A DNA stretch of 39,143 nucleotides from an uncultured Candidatus Sumerlaeota bacterium. Its GTDB lineage: Bacteria > Sumerlaeota > Sumerlaeia > SLMS01 > JAHLLQ01. Location: the NCBI GenBank assembly GCA_964625145.1, contig CAZVAQ010000003.1, forward strand, positions 1-39,143, read 5' to 3'. A program made the position numbers and the translations under genes. Of this stretch, positions 1-9,292 are shown piece by piece (within the stretch, counting starts at the first letter, position 1; every line of letters starts with the position of its first letter). The notes beneath the pieces are model-generated. The model worked only from the letters and a program-made list of their open reading frames with translations. It was not told the origin of the DNA and did not search any database.

Positions 1-90
1 CCAACCCCTGACACGCAAACCAAATTCGCCCCCATCGAGCCACCACCGCCAACTCCCCATCCACCCGCCACTCAGGGGCAACGCCTCGAC

Positions 91-565
91 GTTTGAAGAG
101 TGAAGGGTGGAGAGTGATCCTCCGTCGCGTTGAAGCCGCTATGGAGGACGGAAGAGTGAAATGATGGGCCGGGCCTTAAGCCCTCGAACTCTTGCGCGAT
201 CTGAAACCTTGGCCTTCAACCAAGGCTGGTATGGGGCGCGGCGTTGGCGCTTTGGATTCTTGGCCCGACCCCCAGCCGAGGGCGGCTGGGCCACATCTGA
301 AGAGTACAGGGAAACCCAGGGGCAACGCCCCGGCTCTATACCAGCCCGGGCCGCAGGCCCGGGAACGCGGCCCACTCCCGAATCGAGGGCTGAAGGCCCG
401 ACCTATATGGCAGACTAAAGTTTGAAGAGTGATCCTCCGTCGCGATGATGCCGCTTTGGCTGACAAGAGAGTGAAACAATGGGGCGGGCCTTCAGCCCTC
501 CACCCTCTTCACCAATCCGCAACCTTGGCCTTCAGCCAAGGCTGGTATGGCGCGCGCCGTTGGCT
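91..565. repeat. Cluster of REP/BIME-like palindromic repeats: two direct ~140-bp copies (~111-250 and ~425-565) with an inverted partial copy between them (~319-407)
   Basis: AGAGTGATCCTCCGTCGCG, GGGCCTT(A/C)AGCCCTC and AACCTTGGCCTTCA(A/G)CCAAGGCTGGTATGG..GCG..CGTTGGC occur in both direct copies. The reverse complement of 319-407 reads GGGCCTTCAGCCCTC...CCCGGGCCTGCGGCCCGGGCTGGTATAG...GCGTTGCCCC. Each unit contains short hairpins. Confidence 0.8.
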
Positions 566-586
566 TGATGGATCGACAAATTGCCC

Positions 587-1648
587 TCACTCACCACCAT
601 CCTCCATATCGCCCGGCAGTTGCAGAATATGGCGCCGTTCGAGTTCGTCGCGGAGTTCTTCCTCGCTGGGGAGGACGAGGCGGTATTTGGACGCAAACAG
701 TTGGCGGCTTTCGCTCAGCACCGAGTAGCGAACCATGGTCTCGTCCTTGTCGGCGCATAGGATGATCCCTAGCGTGGGATTGTCGTCGGCGCCGCGCTTG
801 AGGTCGTCGAACAGGCGCACGTACATGTCCATCTGGCCGATGTCGTCGTGGCCGAGTTTGCGCGTTTTCAGATCGATCAGAACGAAGCACTTGAGCAGGT
901 AGTTGTAAAAGACCAAGTCGACATAGAAGTGGGACGTTTCCGTGCTGACCCGCAGTTGCCGTGCGACGAAGGAGAAGCCTCTCCCCAGTTCCATGAGGAA
1001 GTCGCGCAGCCGCAGGACGAGACCGTCTTCCAACTCGCGTTCGTGTCGGGGCGGTTCGGGCAGACCGAGGAATTCGAGGACGTAGGGGTCCTTGATCAAT
1101 GACCCCGGATCGGTGGCTGGAGCGGGGGGCATGTCGGCGGGCGCGGGCGGATTGAGCAAACGCTGGTAAGACCCCGATGCAATGGCGCGTTCAAGCTGCC
1201 GCGTACTCCACCCCTGGGCGGCACATTCGTGGATGTAATACTCACGCGCCGCATGATCATCCACCCGCATGACCAGGCGCCAGTGGCTCCAGGTCAATTG
1301 GCTACGCACTGCGTAGCCTTTCTCAAAATGCGGAAAAGTCAGGTAGAATTGCCTGAAATTCTTGAGGTTAGCCACCGAGATCCCCCGCCCGAACTCGTCA
1401 CCCAGCCCCTTGGCCAGATCGCGGATAAGGTAGGTACCGTACTCCGCGCGTTCTTTCCCGCCCTGCTCCTCCTCAACGATGCGCTGGCCGATCCGCCAAT
1501 ACGCCTCAACCATGATGAAGTTGGCGGAGGCATAGGCTTGCCGCCGTGCCTGCCGCAGGATGTCGCGCACGTCGGTGAGCAGCGAACTGCCCGCGGCGAA
1601 TTGCGTGGGCATGGAATCTGGCGGAGTATGCTTTCCCTTTCGAGGCAT
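587..1648 (-). CDS. YhcG/DUF1016-family PD-(D/E)XK nuclease-domain protein
   Basis: Typical YhcG motifs: YWRIGQRIVEEEQGGKERAEYG, LTWSH, WSTRQLER, IKDPYVLEFLGL, FLMELGRGFSFVARQ, DLVFYN..L.CFVLIDLK, IGQMDMYV, DNPTLGIILC. The start could be 1648 or 1612. Confidence 0.92.
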   Translation of the reverse strand: MPRKGKHTPPDSMPTQFAAGSSLLTDVRDILRQARRQAYASANFIMVEAYWRIGQRIVEEEQGGKERAEYGTYLIRDLAKGLGDEFGRGISVANLKNFRQFYLTFPHFEKGYAVRSQLTWSHWRLVMRVDDHAAREYYIHECAAQGWSTRQLERAIASGSYQRLLNPPAPADMPPAPATDPGSLIKDPYVLEFLGLPEPPRHERELEDGLVLRLRDFLMELGRGFSFVARQLRVSTETSHFYVDLVFYNYLLKCFVLIDLKTRKLGHDDIGQMDMYVRLFDDLKRGADDNPTLGIILCADKDETMVRYSVLSESRQLFASKYRLVLPSEEELRDELERRHILQLPGDMEDGGE

Positions 1649-1789
1649 GCCGGTGCACTGTCCGTTATCTTTGATGCGAACAGGATTTTGACCCCCTCAT
1701 TTAAGCTCAATCCCAATCTTCACCTCCATGCCATGCTCCCGGGCGATCAAGTCTTCAGCGGTTGAGCGAAACGCCCACCTTGCCCGCGC

Positions 1790-2818
1790 CTAGCCGTAGT
1801 GCCCGAACTCCAGTGCCGCTTCGGTCATGGCACGCACGTTCTCGGTGGGGGTATTGGAGTTTACGAGGCAGCCGGGGCAGAGGACGAAGCGTTTGCTGAG
1901 GCGTTTGCCGGTCTCGATGGCGAGGCGGCTTTGCTCGAAGACGGTGTCCCGGCTGCCGAAGCAGATCGTTGCGGAGGGATCGAGGTTTCCCCACACGGAT
2001 GTCCTGTCGGCGGCGATCTCGAGGGTCTTTTCGAGGTTGTTGTAGTGATCAATTTCCAGGACGTCCGAGCCGGTGTCGATCATGCCCTTGATGATGTCGT
2101 TGGTCTTTCCGCAGATGTGCAGGGAGAGCAGCCCGTCGCCGAGTTGTTCCTTGTACAGCTTCTGATAGGGAAATGCCAGACGGTAGTACATTTCCGGTGA
2201 GATGAGCGATTGGCCGGCGGCGCTGTCGCCGATGGACGTGAGGTCGGCGCCGGCGGCGAGTTGCGCCTTGGCGAATGCCACGCCCGCCTGCGTGCAGATT
2301 TCGAGGCCCTTGTGGAGGAGGGACTCATCGCCTTCCAGGAGTTCGATCATGAATTCCTGCGGGTCGCGGAGTTGAAAGAGCAGGCCGAAGGGACCTTGGT
2401 CGGCCCGCGCCATGATGGCCTTTTCGTCGCCCACCAGGCGCCGCACTTGGCGCGTGGTTTCCAGCCACAGCGGCATGCGGCCGTCGGTGGTCGGATCGGG
2501 GACAGCCAGTTGCTCCACTTGTTCGAGACGTTTCAGGGCGTATTCGAAGACGCGGGCGGGTTCGTCCTCCGGATAAACCAACTTGGAACCCATCGCCTCG
2601 GCAAGGGTGCAGGTATCGAAATCGATGATGATGCCGTCATAGCCCAGATCGAAGGCCGTGGCGGCCAGGGCGTTGGCGGCGAGTTCGGGATCCTTGCGGG
2701 CGGCGCCAAGGGTGATGCCATAGTAGCGCATGCAAAACGTGAAATTGTGCTGGGCGACGGGAACGCGGTCGTGGGGCTTGCCACTGATGGCCGCGAGAAT
2801 TCTTTCGCGCGAGTTCAT
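1790..2818 (-). CDS. Uroporphyrinogen decarboxylase / MtaA-CmuA (methylcobamide methyltransferase) family protein
   Basis: MNSRERILAAISGKPHDRVPV N-terminus, AEAMG, DGRMP, GPF, AGAD, ISPEMY, LHICG, WGNLDP and PGC metal-ligand motifs. Confidence 0.85.
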   Translation of the reverse strand: MNSRERILAAISGKPHDRVPVAQHNFTFCMRYYGITLGAARKDPELAANALAATAFDLGYDGIIIDFDTCTLAEAMGSKLVYPEDEPARVFEYALKRLEQVEQLAVPDPTTDGRMPLWLETTRQVRRLVGDEKAIMARADQGPFGLLFQLRDPQEFMIELLEGDESLLHKGLEICTQAGVAFAKAQLAAGADLTSIGDSAAGQSLISPEMYYRLAFPYQKLYKEQLGDGLLSLHICGKTNDIIKGMIDTGSDVLEIDHYNNLEKTLEIAADRTSVWGNLDPSATICFGSRDTVFEQSRLAIETGKRLSKRFVLCPGCLVNSNTPTENVRAMTEAALEFGHYG

Positions 2819-2948
2819 GAGCGCCGTCTTCCGAACCGCGATAGCCTTGGGATTCTCCCATTCGCTGTTGGAGGGCGTCTTTCAGCCCCTCTCCAAGCCC
2901 GAGAATTGCGCCGAATTCCCATCGTGGGCAATCCCAACCGCCCCCCCC

Positions 2949-3239
2949 TCACACATCCGGCACGGTCATCTTTTCGGCCTCGATCACCACCGTGTCGGAC
3001 GGCAGCGCCAGCTCCTCCGGCGACTTGCAGTGGAACGTCAGCCCCCGGTACGACGTCAGGTACATGTGCTTCCTAGTCAGGAACCCTCCGAAACCGTGCA
3101 CCACGAAGGGCGATTCCTGCAGCGTCAGGACCAGCGCGAAATCCTCCGGCCCGACGTGGACCAGAGAACCGCATGCCTTGACGGCCTGGATCTGTGCCGC
3201 GATCGCGGCTGCGGCGCTGGCACCGGTATTGGCAACCAT
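2949..3239 (-). CDS. Conserved hypothetical protein (96 aa)
   Basis: ATG at 3239 with AAGGA upstream. Natural-looking sequence (AAAAIAAQIQAVKACGSLVHV...YLTSYRGLTFHCKS) ending at the stop at 2949. Confidence 0.7.
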   Translation of the reverse strand: MVANTGASAAAAIAAQIQAVKACGSLVHVGPEDFALVLTLQESPFVVHGFGGFLTRKHMYLTSYRGLTFHCKSPEELALPSDTVVIEAEKMTVPDV

Positions 3240-3478
3240 GAGTGTTTTTCCTTTTCGGATTCGGGAAACGATTGCGTAACCCCCTACTCCCCCCGCACGG
3301 CTTTTATTCAGGGCGTGCGCCGCGGAGCCCCATCCCGGAGGGCCCGCCCGCCCCCTGGGAACGATTGTCACCCGACCGGAACTCTTGACAGAGCCCGTCT
3401 ATCAGCGCAGCCGAAGAAGCTGGGCTTGCAGTCAGCACCGAGGAACAGAGGAAGAAAAGGGGAGGGAGCGAAGCCAGA

Positions 3479-4276
3479 ATGGTCCAGTCACGCAGCCTTG
3501 CAACCATCGCCATCGCCCTGTCCCTCGCGGCCAGCGCCCACGCCCAGATCGGCGGGCACCTCGCGGCCGACGGACCGTTCCTCCTCGAGGACGTGGAGGA
3601 CCTTGATCTGCATGCAGTCGGCGTCGCCCGCGATTGGATCCCGGACTTTGTGTCGCAGCAGGGCGGCTTGACCCCCATCCTGCTCGACTCGTCGGGTCTC
3701 ACGCTTTTTGGCGACCAAAGCCCCATCGGCGGCCTCCGTTTCCGCGTCCCCTCGCAATCGGGCTTCGTGAACAAGAGCTACGGCGTCCCTGTGCCGTCCG
3801 AACCAGGACAGTCCACGCTCTCTCATCCGGGGAACATCGTCGATTTTGAATATTTCGACTTTCTGGTGTCGTTCACCCCGGTAATGACGAATCAGCAATT
3901 CTGGATCATTCTGGAAACGTATCCGAATCGTGGCGGGAATGTCTATCCGCGCATCATGTGGCGCTATTATCCGCAGGTCGGTTCCGCGTTCCAGCGCATG
4001 CAGGTCCCCATCCACGAACCAACGCTCATCGTCGATGGCGACGGTTTCGCACTTGACGAGCTGTTGTCCCAGACGCGATTTCTCTCATTCTATTTCTACG
4101 GAGAGACTTCGACCGGGAACGTGACTTTTAATGTCCATGTGGATGACATTCGTTTATTGCCTGCGCAAGACACTCCCATGGAGTTTTCCGATGTGTGGGC
4201 AATTTATGGCCCTGCAACAATGGGGGAGACCTTGCAGGACGATAAACAGTCGGTGGGTTCACCGGCGGGCGACTGA
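3479..4276 (+). CDS. Secreted hypothetical protein, probable beta-sandwich (CBM11/CIA30-like) domain
   Basis: Signal peptide (..IALSLAASAHA/Q), purine-rich RBS, and a domain ending VHVDDIRL as in galactose-binding-like CBM folds. Confidence 0.7.
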   Translation: MVQSRSLATIAIALSLAASAHAQIGGHLAADGPFLLEDVEDLDLHAVGVARDWIPDFVSQQGGLTPILLDSSGLTLFGDQSPIGGLRFRVPSQSGFVNKSYGVPVPSEPGQSTLSHPGNIVDFEYFDFLVSFTPVMTNQQFWIILETYPNRGGNVYPRIMWRYYPQVGSAFQRMQVPIHEPTLIVDGDGFALDELLSQTRFLSFYFYGETSTGNVTFNVHVDDIRLLPAQDTPMEFSDVWAIYGPATMGETLQDDKQSVGSPAGD

Positions 4277-4281
4277 AGTCC

Positions 4282-6936
4282 ATGCTTTGCATTCCTGAAA
4301 TTCGCGGATTTCACTTCTACGTCGACGGACGCAAGTGGCTCGTCCGCGGCGTCACCTATGGTCCCTTCCGTCCGCGCGAGGAAAATCCCGATCACTTTCC
4401 GGTGGATGCATGTCTGGAGCAGGACATGGCGGCCATCGCTGCAATGGGCGCCAATGCCGTGCGCATCTACACTCCCCCCAGCGACCGCGTTGCCAACGCC
4501 GCTGCGCGCCATGGTCTTCGCCTGCTGGTCGATGTCCCCTGGCCAAAACACCTCCATCTGTACGATGACGCGCGCCTGCGCCGCATGGCCTTTGACGCGC
4601 TCGACGAATCGCTGGAAGCCGCACGACGCATCCCGAACCTGATGGGCGTGCTCCTCGGCAACGAAATCCCCGCGGACCTCGTGCGTTGGGTTGGTGCGGG
4701 CAAGGTCGAGCGCTTCCTCCGCTCCATGGTTCGTCATGCGCGCACCGTCACCGGCGACATCCCGCTCGGCTTTGCGAACTATCCGTCGACGGAATACCTG
4801 GCGCTCGACTTCTTCGATTTCCTCGGCTTCAACATCTACCTCTCCGAGCGCGAGGACATGCGCAGCTACTTCGTGCGACTGCGCAACCTGTACCCGGAAA
4901 TGCCGCTGATCCTGACGGAGACGGGTGAGGACTCCATGGCGCAGGGCGAGGAGGAACAATGCCGCGTCGTCGCCAACTCGTTGACGGAAGCCTTCGACAC
5001 GGGCTTTGCCGGCGGGTTCGTATTCTCATGGACCGACGAGTGGCACACCGGTGGCTTCGACATCAACGATTGGGCATTCGGAATCGTTGACAAGAAGCGC
5101 CGCCCCAAGCCGCTGCACGGAGTCGTCAGTCGCGTGTATAGCGATGCGCTGCGCACGCGCTCCCTTTCGATTCCTGAAGACATCCTGGATCCCGCCGCAG
5201 AGGACAACGGCGCAGAACCAACAACGACCGCCGAAGACGACGCGCCCATGGTCTCCGTCGTCGTGTGCACCTACAACGGCGGCTCCACGCTACGCGATTG
5301 CCTCGATTCCCTGCAATGCCTGAACTATCCCAACTACGAGGTCATCGTGGTCAATGACGGATCGACGGACGACACGGCCGCGATCCTGCGCGATTATCCC
5401 GACGTGCGCGCCATTCATCAGGAGAACTTGGGCCTGTCTGTCGCACGCAACGTCGGCGTCCGAGCCGCTAGTGGAGAGATCATCGCCTTCACCGATTCGG
5501 ACTGCGTTGTGGACGAGGATTGGCTGCACCATCTGGCCATGGCGTTCGTGGGCCCCCTGTGCGCCGGTGTCGGCGGACCGAACCTGACACCATGGGAGGA
5601 GAATGCCATCCATCGCTGCGTGGCTCATGCGCCGGGTCATGCCACGCACATCCTCTTCGACGCCGAGCGCGCAGAACACGTCCCCGGCTGCAACATGGCA
5701 TTTCGCCGCTCCGCGCTGCTGCAGGCAAAGGCCTTCGATCCCGTTTTTCGCACGGCGGGGGACGACGTGGATCTCATCTGGCGCTTGCAGGAGGCCGGCT
5801 TCGAAGTGCGCTACGCTCCCGGTGCGTTCGTGTGGCATCATCGCCGCTCAACCATCGGCGCCTACCTGCGCCAGCAGGCCGGCTATGGCGCGGCGGAAGC
5901 TCTGCTGATCCGCAAACATCCTCATCGTTTCAACGACCGCGGCCAGTCCTTGTGGCGGGGTAGGATCTATTCCGGCCTCGATGACCGCGCTCTCTTTCAA
6001 CGGCCTGACATTCACTACGGCGTCTTCGCGTCCTCCGGCTACCAATGTATCTACACGCGTTCCGAGAGTTATCTGACGCAGTTTGTGACATCGCTGGAGT
6101 GGCTTGTATTCTGTCTGTTCCTCCTCGTGATGGGTTTCCTGTCCCAGGCGGCGCTTCTTGGCGGCCTGGCGGGAATTGGCGCGATGTTGCTGGTCAGCGG
6201 CCTAAAGGCGCGTCGCCGGTTCATGGCCGCCCGCGATCTGTCGCTCGTGCACTTCCCCGTCGTGTGGCTGCTGTGGTTCCTTCATCCATTGGTCCGGACC
6301 GGCGCGCGGTATCTTGCCGTTGTGCGCACGAAGTCACCCGACCGCATCTTCCGCGCGTTGCTGGATACCCCGACGCGGAACCGATTCGTGAAGCTCTCGA
6401 CCTCCGAGCTGCGCTTCTGGGGGCAGCAGGGCGAACCGCGCATCGGCGTGCTGCAAAGCCTCGTCGCCCGCATGCGCGAAGGCGGCTGGCTCTTCTGGCC
6501 CAGCAGCGGGTGGGAGCCGTGGGACCTGTCCGTCGGCATCAGTTGGTCTCATCGCCTGCTCCTGACCACGGCATCGGAGGATCATGGCGCCGGGCGCCAG
6601 CTCCTCATGGTTCGCATGGCCCTGCGAGCGACCAGCCTGTTCCGCCTGGCGCTGGTTGGGGTTCTTCTGGCGGCCGTGCTGATCGCCCTCCGCGATACTG
6701 TCCTTGCGCGTCTTGTCATCCTGGCGTTTGTGCTGTTCGCGTGGTGGCTGCACCGCCAGGCATTGGCGCGGCGCCGGGTGGTGGCCGAGTGGATCTGCCA
6801 ACAGGTTGCAACTTGTGGATATGTGCCCATGGGCGAAGTGAAGGACCCAGATCAAGTCCCTGAGGCCGGCGAGGCCGATTCCGAAATGGAGCGTGCGAGC
6901 AACACAACGCCCGTGGAGGAGCACGTCGCGCCATGA
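4282..6936 (+). CDS. Bifunctional clan GH-A-type glycoside hydrolase (TIM barrel) fused to GT2 glycosyltransferase with C-terminal TM helices
   Basis: N-terminal RGVTYGPF, MGANAVRIY, LGNEIP (acid/base), LTETG (nucleophile), VFSWTDEW. Central VSVVVCTYN, VVNDGSTD, FTDSD (DxD), GCNMAF, GDDVD, YLRQQ. Several hydrophobic segments follow. Confidence 0.9.
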   Translation: MLCIPEIRGFHFYVDGRKWLVRGVTYGPFRPREENPDHFPVDACLEQDMAAIAAMGANAVRIYTPPSDRVANAAARHGLRLLVDVPWPKHLHLYDDARLRRMAFDALDESLEAARRIPNLMGVLLGNEIPADLVRWVGAGKVERFLRSMVRHARTVTGDIPLGFANYPSTEYLALDFFDFLGFNIYLSEREDMRSYFVRLRNLYPEMPLILTETGEDSMAQGEEEQCRVVANSLTEAFDTGFAGGFVFSWTDEWHTGGFDINDWAFGIVDKKRRPKPLHGVVSRVYSDALRTRSLSIPEDILDPAAEDNGAEPTTTAEDDAPMVSVVVCTYNGGSTLRDCLDSLQCLNYPNYEVIVVNDGSTDDTAAILRDYPDVRAIHQENLGLSVARNVGVRAASGEIIAFTDSDCVVDEDWLHHLAMAFVGPLCAGVGGPNLTPWEENAIHRCVAHAPGHATHILFDAERAEHVPGCNMAFRRSALLQAKAFDPVFRTAGDDVDLIWRLQEAGFEVRYAPGAFVWHHRRSTIGAYLRQQAGYGAAEALLIRKHPHRFNDRGQSLWRGRIYSGLDDRALFQRPDIHYGVFASSGYQCIYTRSESYLTQFVTSLEWLVFCLFLLVMGFLSQAALLGGLAGIGAMLLVSGLKARRRFMAARDLSLVHFPVVWLLWFLHPLVRTGARYLAVVRTKSPDRIFRALLDTPTRNRFVKLSTSELRFWGQQGEPRIGVLQSLVARMREGGWLFWPSSGWEPWDLSVGISWSHRLLLTTASEDHGAGRQLLMVRMALRATSLFRLALVGVLLAAVLIALRDTVLARLVILAFVLFAWWLHRQALARRRVVAEWICQQVATCGYVPMGEVKDPDQVPEAGEADSEMERASNTTPVEEHVAP

Positions 6937-7490
6937 GCATCATTCGCCGATGCCTCCGCCCGGATGACGGGTTCACCTTGATCGAGCTGCTGATCGTGGT
7001 GATCGTGATCGCGATTCTTGCCTCGATTGCGGTTCCGAATTTTCTCAACGCCCAGACTCGCGCAAAAGTGTCCCGCGCGGAAGCCGACTTGCAAAGCATC
7101 AACCTGGCGTTGGAAGTGTATCGCGTGGACAGGAACAAGTACCCGCCGACACCAATGGAGAGCCTTTCCGACCGCGACCGCCGGCTCCGTTTCCTCACGA
7201 CACCGGTCGCCTACATTTCCAGCCTGCCGGCCGAAGTCTTTTGGCGCGATGAACAGGGGCCGACCTACGCCTACTGGAGCGCCAACCTGAATGATGCGAT
7301 GAAGTTTTCGCCGATCTACTTCTACCTGCCCGAGGAGCAGGAGCGAAAGGGGCGATGGGCTCTCTTCAGCCGCGGGCCCGACCGCGAATACGAGGCAGCA
7401 GTGGAGGAAGGGGGGAGTGGCCTGCTGATGTTCTACGATCCCTCCAATGGCACCGTGAGCAACGGTGACATCATGAAATTCGGCCCATGA
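6933..7490 (+). CDS. Prepilin-type N-methylation (GspG/pseudopilin-like) protein
   Basis: G|FTLIELLIVVIVIAILASIAVPNF class III signal, LTTPVAY, SRGPD, YDPSNGTVSNGDI. ATGA overlaps with both neighbours. Confidence 0.9.
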   Translation: MSIIRRCLRPDDGFTLIELLIVVIVIAILASIAVPNFLNAQTRAKVSRAEADLQSINLALEVYRVDRNKYPPTPMESLSDRDRRLRFLTTPVAYISSLPAEVFWRDEQGPTYAYWSANLNDAMKFSPIYFYLPEEQERKGRWALFSRGPDREYEAAVEEGGSGLLMFYDPSNGTVSNGDIMKFGP

Positions 7491-9292
7491 GCACCGCGCA
7501 GCGCCATCGGGGGACCGGGCGGCGGCACTTCCTTGCCCTGTTGCGGTACGCCCTGCCGTATCGCCGCGCTGTGGCCCTGCAATTGTCCCTCATGGCGATT
7601 TCCGTGGGCTTTGGACTTCTCAAGCCGTGGCCCTTGAAAGTGCTGATCGACAACGTCGCCGCCGATCAGCCTTTTGCCCTTGGCCGCTGGATACCGGAGT
7701 TTTCCTGGCAAGCACTGTTGCTGCTCGCTTGCGCGGCGCACCTGTTGTTTCACGCCGGCGAGGCGCTCATCCAAGTCATGTCCGGGTGGATTGCGACATC
7801 CACCTCATCCCGGATGATTCGCGACCTGCGCTCGGATCTGCTGCAGAAACTCCAGCAACTCTCCCTGCGATTCCACGACAGCAATCGTGTGGGCGATCTG
7901 GTGCATCGCGTCACGTGGAATTCCACCGCCGTTGAGACCGCCTTTCAGTCGGGCTTCATGGGCACAGTGAAGAGCATCATCATGCTGGTTGGCATGTTTG
8001 TCGTCATGATGATGATAAACGTCACGCTGACGATCATCGCTCTGGCCGTGGTTCCACTGCTTGTCATCCTGATCCGTGCCTACGCGAAGCGAACACACCG
8101 CGTGGCCCTGGAACACCAGACCCAGGAAGGGTCCGTTTCCTCAATGCTTCAGGAGATTCTCTCCGGCATCCGGCTGGTCAAGGCAAGCAATCAGGAAGGC
8201 AATGAGCACCAACGCTTTTCCAGCAATTGTGACCGCAGCGTCGGGACACGGCTCCGAAGCACGATGGTGCAGAACAGCTTCGGCTTCTTCACCGCGCTGA
8301 TCCTGGCCGCAGGAACGGCGCTCCTGTTTTGGGCTGGCATTCGCGAAGTGCGCGCCGGGCACCTGAGCATCGGCCAGTTCCTGGTCTTCGTGTCATATCT
8401 CGGGATGCTTTACTCGCCGCTGTCCGTCCTGAGCTACACGGCGTCCAGCGTCCAGAGCGCCCTCGGCGGCGCGTCGCGGTTGTTTGAGATACTTGAAACG
8501 CCGGAGGAAGTACCCGACCCGCCGGATCCACGGGAACTTGCAGCCTTCAACGACCGGATCGTCTATGACCAAGTCACATTTGCCTACACGGAAGGCCGCC
8601 CGGTTCTTCATGATGTTTCCTTCGAAGTGCAGCGCGGCGAGACCGTCGCCATCGTGGGTGAGACAGGGAGCGGCAAGAGCACCGTATTGGGCCTGGCCCT
8701 GCGATTCTACGATCCACAGGCGGGCTCCATCCGCATCGACGGTGTGGACCTGCGCGAAATGCGCGCGGCATCCGCAAGGAGCCTGATTGCTCTCGCCCCA
8801 CAGGACACTCTCCTCCTGTCCGGCACCATCGCCGACAACATTGCCTACGGCAGACCAAACGCAACGCGGCAGCAGATCGAACAGGCCGCAACCTTGGCGT
8901 GCGCCCACGACTTCATTCGCGAGTGCGAGCAGGGTTACGACACGGTTGTCGGCGAGCGCGGTGTGCGGCTCTCCATGGGACAACGCCAGCGCATCTCGCT
9001 GGCGCGGGTGTTTCTGCGCGACGCGCCAATCCTCCTGCTCGACGAGCCCACGTCGGCCATCGATGCGGAGACCGAAGCGCTCATCGTGGGGCAACTCTCA
9101 AACATGCGCGACAAGGCGATCGTCATTGTCGCGCACAGGCTTTCGACCATTCGCTTTGCTGACCGGATCATTGTCATGGGTGATGGGCGGGTCCTGGAGG
9201 CAGGGACTCACGAGAACTTGCTGCAGCGGCGCGGTGCCTACCATCGCCTTTGGTCCGCACAGGTCTCGGGCTATGAGGAGGCGTCGGTCTGA
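7487..9292 (+). CDS. ABC exporter, fused permease plus ATPase (MsbA/NdvA-like type IV)
   Basis: TM domain, Walker A GETGSGKS, signature LSMGQRQR, Walker B ILLLDE, AHRLST. Confidence 0.95.
   Translation: MSTAQRHRGTGRRHFLALLRYALPYRRAVALQLSLMAISVGFGLLKPWPLKVLIDNVAADQPFALGRWIPEFSWQALLLLACAAHLLFHAGEALIQVMSGWIATSTSSRMIRDLRSDLLQKLQQLSLRFHDSNRVGDLVHRVTWNSTAVETAFQSGFMGTVKSIIMLVGMFVVMMMINVTLTIIALAVVPLLVILIRAYAKRTHRVALEHQTQEGSVSSMLQEILSGIRLVKASNQEGNEHQRFSSNCDRSVGTRLRSTMVQNSFGFFTALILAAGTALLFWAGIREVRAGHLSIGQFLVFVSYLGMLYSPLSVLSYTASSVQSALGGASRLFEILETPEEVPDPPDPRELAAFNDRIVYDQVTFAYTEGRPVLHDVSFEVQRGETVAIVGETGSGKSTVLGLALRFYDPQAGSIRIDGVDLREMRAASARSLIALAPQDTLLLSGTIADNIAYGRPNATRQQIEQAATLACAHDFIRECEQGYDTVVGERGVRLSMGQRQRISLARVFLRDAPILLLDEPTSAIDAETEALIVGQLSNMRDKAIVIVAHRLSTIRFADRIIVMGDGRVLEAGTHENLLQRRGAYHRLWSAQVSGYEEASV

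Noticed and set aside
91-565. CRISPR array
   Set aside because: The units are long, degenerate and partly inverted, with no regular repeat-spacer period and no cas genes.
139-728. Short ORFs with repeated LAF(N/S)QGWYGARRW peptides
   Set aside because: These are translations of the DNA repeat, with no independent coding signal.
3260-3400. Repeated GG(A)AACGATTG boxes and a TTGACA in the divergent gap
   Set aside because: Possibly LacI-like sites, but they are weakly palindromic and have no credible -10 element, so too weak to call.
2730-3671. 313-aa + strand ORF
   Set aside because: Low-complexity translation overlapping three better-supported genes.
6933-7490. Assigning gspG or pilA gene symbols to the pilin-like genes
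   Set aside because: No T2SS/T4P operon context and multiple divergent paralogues, so orthology cannot be supported.
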